A stretch of 64,000 bases of DNA, taken from the human T2T-CHM13v2.0 reference genome, Homo sapiens. The notes under the pieces are model-generated. The model made no database searches, was not told the DNA's origin, and saw nothing but the letters and a program-made list of their open reading frames with translations. The translations under genes were made by a program, and so were the position numbers. Positions 57,700 to 64,000 of the stretch are shown here, one piece after another. Each line of letters opens with the position of its first letter. The first letter of the stretch is position 1. The stretch is taken from assembly GCF_009914755.1 (NCBI RefSeq), contig NC_060930.1; one strand, written 5' to 3'.

Positions 57700-58200
57700 G
57701 CACCATTCTCTCTACTGACAATCACACTCTTGCATAGTCCCTCACACTATAGCAGGAGTGGTCTGTATGACCAGTTGACAACAGCAGAAATTATGGTATG
57801 TTACTTCCTATATTAGGTCATGAAAACATTAAAGTCTTCCTTCTTCTCCCCCACTTCCCTCCCCTCTTCTCTCTCTCTCATCATCTGTTCTGGGGGAAGT
57901 CAGCTGCCAAATCTTAAAGACACTCAGGTGGCTCGGTGGAGAGGCCTATTGGTGAGGAACTGAAGCCTTCAGTCAACAGCCATGTAATGAGCCTTCTTGT
58001 AAAGAGACCCCCAACCCCAGTCAAGGATTCAGATGGCTGCAGCCCCAGCCAATGGCTTCACTGCAACCTATGAGAGACTGAGCCAGAGCTACCCAGCTAA
58101 GCTGCTCCAAAATTCCTGACCTGTAAGATAATATGCAATTGTTGTTTTAAGCCACTAAGTTTCCAGGTAATTTGTTACCAGTAATAAATAATTAATTCAC
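57700..58200 (+). mobile_element. MLT1 (MaLR) LTR
   Basis: ggtgaggaactgaagcc...gagccagagctacccagctaagctgctcc...ttgttttaagccactaagttt. Confidence 0.78.
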
Positions 58201-59121
58201 TAAGAATCTGTCATAAGTGTGGCTTCTCTCTGGATTATGATTACTCACTTACTACAGTGGTTCCCAAAATGCAAGCCTAAGCTGAATCCTAGTAGTTCTT
58301 CTTTGAATGCAGCAGCTTTGCCCTTGATACATGACTTTCTCTCAGTTCAATTGTATTAAATATTTGAAACACAGAAATGCCTGCCTGGACCCTCACCATG
58401 AATCCCCATCCCTTCTGATACCGGAATCTGGTTGCTATTTCTAGAACATTTCTCATCAAGACATTATCCTAACTTATGGTTTCATTGCTAATTCATAGAC
58501 ACTTGTCCCATTATAGAGATCTAGTGATTTCCATGTGAGATTTTTGCCCTCACACATGCCAATTCCCCTTGTTCTACCTGTTTACCTAACATCAATCAGA
58601 TGTCAATAATGGAAAAGAAAAAAATCAAGAAGTAGGAGCTTAAGACACTGTGTACTGGCAGGGCTATTGCTTATTTCTGCCGTACCCCTCTTTCTTGTCA
58701 TCTCTTAGTTCAGATGCCTTGGCCCTGTGCATAGTGTGCTCTATCTCATGAATCTGAAGTAAAGAGAATCAAAAGGATGAAGAGCTTTAAATCTTTTGAC
58801 AACATTTAAGAGAGAACAGGAAATTTTCCTCCCTTTTCCTGGAAGTCTTTGCTGATGAATGAAAAATTGGGTTTCCTTTATGTAACCTGTCGATGGGGAG
58901 GCAAAACTTGTCCAGAAAAAATAAAAATGTTCTCACTGTGCTATGTTACTAGAATTGTGATCTGAAGCCTGGAGCAGAACTTACCTATGCTACTCATCTC
59001 AATCCTTTTAGGCAGTGGCACTAGGAGCCTTACTCTGTTCAAATTTGGTGCCTTCCTACCGTTATGGAAGGAAGCTCTGTATTCTCCTTACTTTCTCAAC
59101 CTTTGATCCTAACAGAGGCAG

Positions 59122-61096
59122 TTTCTTTTTCTTTTTTTTTTTAATTGATCATTCTTGGGTGTTTCTCGCAGAGGGGGATTTGGCAGGGTCACAGGACAAT
59201 AGTGGAGGGAAGGTCAGCAGATAAACAAGTGAACAAAGGTCTCTGGTTTTCCTAGGCAGAGGACCCTGCGGCCTTCCGCAGTGTTTGTGTCCCTGGGTAC
59301 TTGAGATTAGGGAGTGGTGATGACTCTTAACGAGCATGCTGCCTTCAAGCATCTGTTTAACAAAGCACATCTTGCACCGCCCTTAATCCATTCAACCCTG
59401 AGTGGACACAGCACATGTCTCAGAGAGCACAGGGTTGGGGGTAAGGTCACAGATCAACAGGATCCCAAGGCAGAATTTTTCTTAGTACAGAACAAAATGA
59501 AAAGTCTCCCATGTCTACTTCTTTCTACACAGACGCGGCAACCATCCGATTTCTCAATCTTTTCCCCACCTTTCCCCTCTTTCTATTCCACAAAACCGCC
59601 ATTGTCATCATGGCCCGTTCTCAATGAGCTGTTGGGTACACCTCCCAGACGGGGTGGTGGCCGGGCAGAGGGGCTCCTCACTTCCCAGTAGGGGCGACCG
59701 GGCAGAGGCGCCCCTCACCTCCCGGATGGCGCGGCTGGCCGGGCGGGGGGCTGACCCCCCACCTCCCTCCCGGACGGGGCAGCTGGCCGGGCGGGGGACT
59801 GACCCCCCCACCTCCCTCCCGGACGGGGCGGCTGGCCGGGCAGAGGGGCTCCTCACTTCCCAGTAGGGGCGGCCAGGCAGAGGCGCCCCTCAGCTCCCGG
59901 ACCGGGTGGCTGGCCGGGCGGGGGGCTGACCCCCCCACCTCCCTCCTGGACGGGGCGGCTGGCCGGGCGGGGGGCTGACCCCCCACCTCCCTCCCGGACG
60001 GGGCGTCTCGCCTGGCGGGGGGCTGACCCCCCCACCTCCCTCCCGGACTGAGCGGCTGGCCAGGCGGGGGGCTGACTCCCCCACCTCCCTCCCGGACGGG
60101 GCGGCTGGCCGGGCGGGGGGCTGACCCCCCCACCTCCCTCCCGGACGGGGCGGCTGGCCGGGCAGAGGGGCTCCTCACTTCCCAGTAGGGGCGGCCGGGC
60201 AGAGGCGCCCCTCACCTCCCGGACGGGGTGGCTGGCCGGGAGGGGGCTGACCCCCCCACCTCCCTTCCGGATGGGGTGGCTGCCGGGCGGAGACGCTCCT
60301 CACTTCCCAGACGGGGTGGCAGCCAGGCGGAGGGGTTCCTCACTTCTCAGATGGGGCGGCCGGGCAGAGACGCTCCTCACCTCCCAGACGGGGCGGCGGG
60401 GCAGAGGCGCTCCCCACATCTCAGACGATGGGCGGCCGGGCAGAGACGCTCCTCACTTCCTAGATGGGATGGTGGCCGGGAAGAGGCGCTCCTCACTTCC
60501 TAGGTGGGATGGCGGCCGGGCAGAGACGCTCCTCATTTTCCAGACTGGGCAGCCAGGCAGAGGGGCTCCTCACATCCCAGACGATGGGCGGCCAGGCAGA
60601 GACGCACCTCACTTCCCAGACGGGGTAGCGGCCGGGCAGAGGCTGCAATCTCGGCACTTTGGGGGGCCAAGGCAGGCGGCTGGGAGGTGGAGGTTGTAGC
60701 CAGCCGAGATCACGCCACTGCACTCCAGCCTGGGCACCATTGAGCACTGAGTTAACGAGACTCCGTCTGCAATCCCGGCACCTCGGGAGGCCGAGGCTGG
60801 CGGATCACTCGCGGTTAGGAGCTGGAGACCAGCCCGGCCAACACAGCGAAACTCCGTCTCCACCAAAAAAATACGAAAACCCGTCAGGCGTGGCGGCGCG
60901 CGCCTGCAATGGCAGGCACTGGGCAGGCTGAGGCAGGAGAATCAGGCAGGGAGGTTGCAGTGAGCCGAGATGGCAGCAGCACAGTCCAGAGGGAGACTGT
61001 GGAAAGGGGAGAGGGAGAGGGAGGAGAGGGAGAGGGGGAGGGGGAGGGGGAGGGGGAGGGGGAGGGGGAGAGGGAGAGGGAGAGGAGAGGGAGAGG
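59122..61096 (-). mobile_element. Full-length SVA retrotransposon (SVA_D-like)
   Basis: Poly-T, SINE-R (59143-~59640), GC-rich VNTR (~59640-60640), Alu-like region, (CCCTCT/CCCTCC)n hexamer ~61005-61096. Confidence 0.97.
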
Positions 61097-61903
61097 TCTA
61101 ATTTACAAATACAAATTCTTATGAGAAAAATTTTAATTACTGAGGATGTTTGGTTTGAAAAGAAGATTAGTTACTACCAGTATTAGTACTATTGCTACTA
61201 TCACCTCTGCTATTAGTGTTACTATAAATATTGGAAGCTAAAATGAACCAAGTGTTCATCACAGAGAAGTCATAGTATTAAGTTCCCTATACGCTATCTC
61301 ATTTATTTCTCACAATAGTCCTGTGCTGAATGCCATAATTATTTGCATTATTATGAGAGTTAGGTGTGCCTGAAAGAAGCAAGGTAACGTCACCAAGATC
61401 AGAGCTACTAAAGAAAGAGCAATTATCAAGATTCAGATCTTTTTGACTACAAGGCCTGGGATTTCAATCACTAGAAATAAAGGTGTATGAGAAGTGGATG
61501 GCCCAGTTATTACATAAACCCACAGAAAATGAAAATGAAGAGGCTTAAATGAAAGTGGACACACCATGACTGGAAATACTATAGGACTTAATTTTAAGAA
61601 CAAGCAATAACGTAACAGGCGTTTGAAGAATAGGCAGGACCCCATCCTGAAAACCTTACCCTGGAACACTTTCAGGTGTGACAGCCATCCTGGCTAGACA
61701 GTCCTAGCCTGGCTGGAATAGATGGTTACTGAAGATCTTGCCCAACCCTAGCCTTCTAGGACTTACACATCGTGTATCTCCTAGGACGGACCACAGTTTT
61801 ACCTAACCTTCCAGTTTTCTCCCTCTTGTTTTTCTCCATTCTGCCTTCCCAGTATTTGCAGCTTTCCTCCTTTTTTTTTTTTTTTTTCCAACTATACATG
61901 CAG

Positions 61904-62565
61904 TGGCTGTTTCTCTGGATCCAGATGCAGCTCATCCCAACCTCATCCGATCTGAGGGTAGAAGATACACTTCTTCAACGGAGAATGTTCCCCGAACTGG
62001 GATGCCCCCACACACCAAGGACAAGGGGAATCCAAAACCATCTTCAGTGTTCTGGGTTTACCACAGGGGAGACATTACTTTACCACAGGGGAGACAGACA
62101 TTACTGGGAGGTAGAAGTAAATAATGGGGACAGAAGTTGGACCAGGAACGAGATGAGCTCTGGGTGTTTGTTCAGCACAATGAAGAGAGAGTGGTGGTTT
62201 GTAGAAAGTCCAGAGAAGAATTTCTGCATGGTGACATGTGAAGAAGGAAGGGTCATGGCTCTCACTTCCTGCCCAGAGACTCTGTCAGGAGCCTCCCTGT
62301 CCCCCTAGAAGGTTTCCAGGACAGCAAGGCTGGAGACGTGTCTTTTCACAACGAGGTCGATTAGTCCCACATCTATTCTCTTACTGGAATCACCTTCTGT
62401 GGGATTTTCCATCCTTATTCTAGCCTTCAGAGTGCTGGCACATCTGTGACCTTCTGCTTAGATCATCATGAAAATTGTCCTGATTCTTTTCCAGTTACCC
62501 CTGTAACTTCTTTAACGAGTTGTGATAGAGATGTTGCCCAGGAAGCTAATGTTCTATTAGCATAA
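61904..62565 (+). pseudogene. Decayed B30.2 (PRY-SPRY) terminal exon, butyrophilin/TRIM type
   Basis: Poly-pyrimidine tract plus cag acceptor, then AVSLDPDAAHPNLIRSEGRR; GRHYWEVEV; DSKAGDVSFHNEVD*SHIYS...FCGIFHPY...SVTFC across frameshifts; ends TAA at 62563-62565. Confidence 0.85.
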
Positions 62566-63278
62566 TAAGCAGCGAAGTGTTGGCACCTCTGCTGTCTCCA
62601 CTGGAGCATCTTCTAGGTACATTCACCAGGAAAGCTGTCCTTGGATGGTGAGTAGGTCAGTTTCACTAGGTGTGATTTCACTTTCTGTCAAAGAGGAAGA
62701 GGCAGAAAGTGAAGTGAGAGAACTGGAAAATGTCCAGGGAGATTTCCTCCGGTGCTGCTATTGGGGAAATACAGTCTCTTTGTGGGCAGCAACTATTTCT
62801 CACAAGAAAACTCCAAACAAGTTCATGGATTTCTCATCTGTTTTCATGCTGAGTGTGTGTTGAAGTATATAATTTTAAAGCTACATTTACAGGGAAATCT
62901 CTTCTTACTATTTTTGTTATCAAATATGGAGGAGGGGAGGCGTTTGAAGGGAAGTATTGCAGTAGAGTGAATTCTCACTTCCATTACCACTGTTGGAGAT
63001 GCATAGGAATCTGTCCAAGTCCTTTAATAGCTCAGCGTGTTTGCTCTTCAGGCTCTAGTGTACAATCAACTGCTAATCTTGGACTTTGACAAGGGACGGA
63101 GAAGGCTCATGAATAATTGTAAATAATTGGAGGAGGAGCCCAAGCCTTCTGGAAGGAAAGAGCCCTTTTCTTTAATAAGTTCTCACTGGTCAGCAAGTCC
63201 AGAATTGTGTCCTATGTGAGAATGTGAATGAAAGAGGAGTCAATGTTGCAGTTTATACTTTAGGAGAGAAAGCAGTAA

Positions 63279-64000
<722 letters not shown>

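Noticed and set aside
59640-60640. Regular repeats resembling a CRISPR array
   Set aside because: Tandem VNTR without unique spacers, in eukaryotic SVA context
59015-61124. Many overlapping Pro/Gly/Arg-rich ORFs
   Set aside because: Products of the GC-rich SVA VNTR and Alu-like region

Overview
Human (primate) genomic DNA, recognisable as the MHC class III/class II boundary at 6p21.32. The ORF track misses the main gene entirely. TSBP1 (C6orf10) lies on the minus strand, and I could rebuild 17 coding exons by hand from the ATG at 46644 to 5878 (466 nt spread over ~41 kb). All junctions are GT-AG and phase 1, and 11 exons are exactly 21 nt. The gene continues beyond the left edge of the window. 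The introns hold a processed HNRNPA1 pseudogene, a U6 pseudogene, and many Alu, L1, L2, MIR, LTR and DNA-transposon relics. Upstream of TSBP1 are an ERV gag fragment with its 3' LTR, a full-length antisense SVA with no visible TSD, and a decayed plus-strand B30.2 (PRY-SPRY) terminal exon of butyrophilin/TRIM type. The most interesting signals are: the modular phase-1 heptad microexon array with several apparently dead or unannotated extra copies; splice-site switches that could remove or add a membrane segment; a uORF whose stop overlaps the start codon; the orphan B30.2 exon beside the TSD-less SVA; and template-switch and gene-conversion scars in L1s. Repeat boundaries and subfamily names are by eye and approximate.
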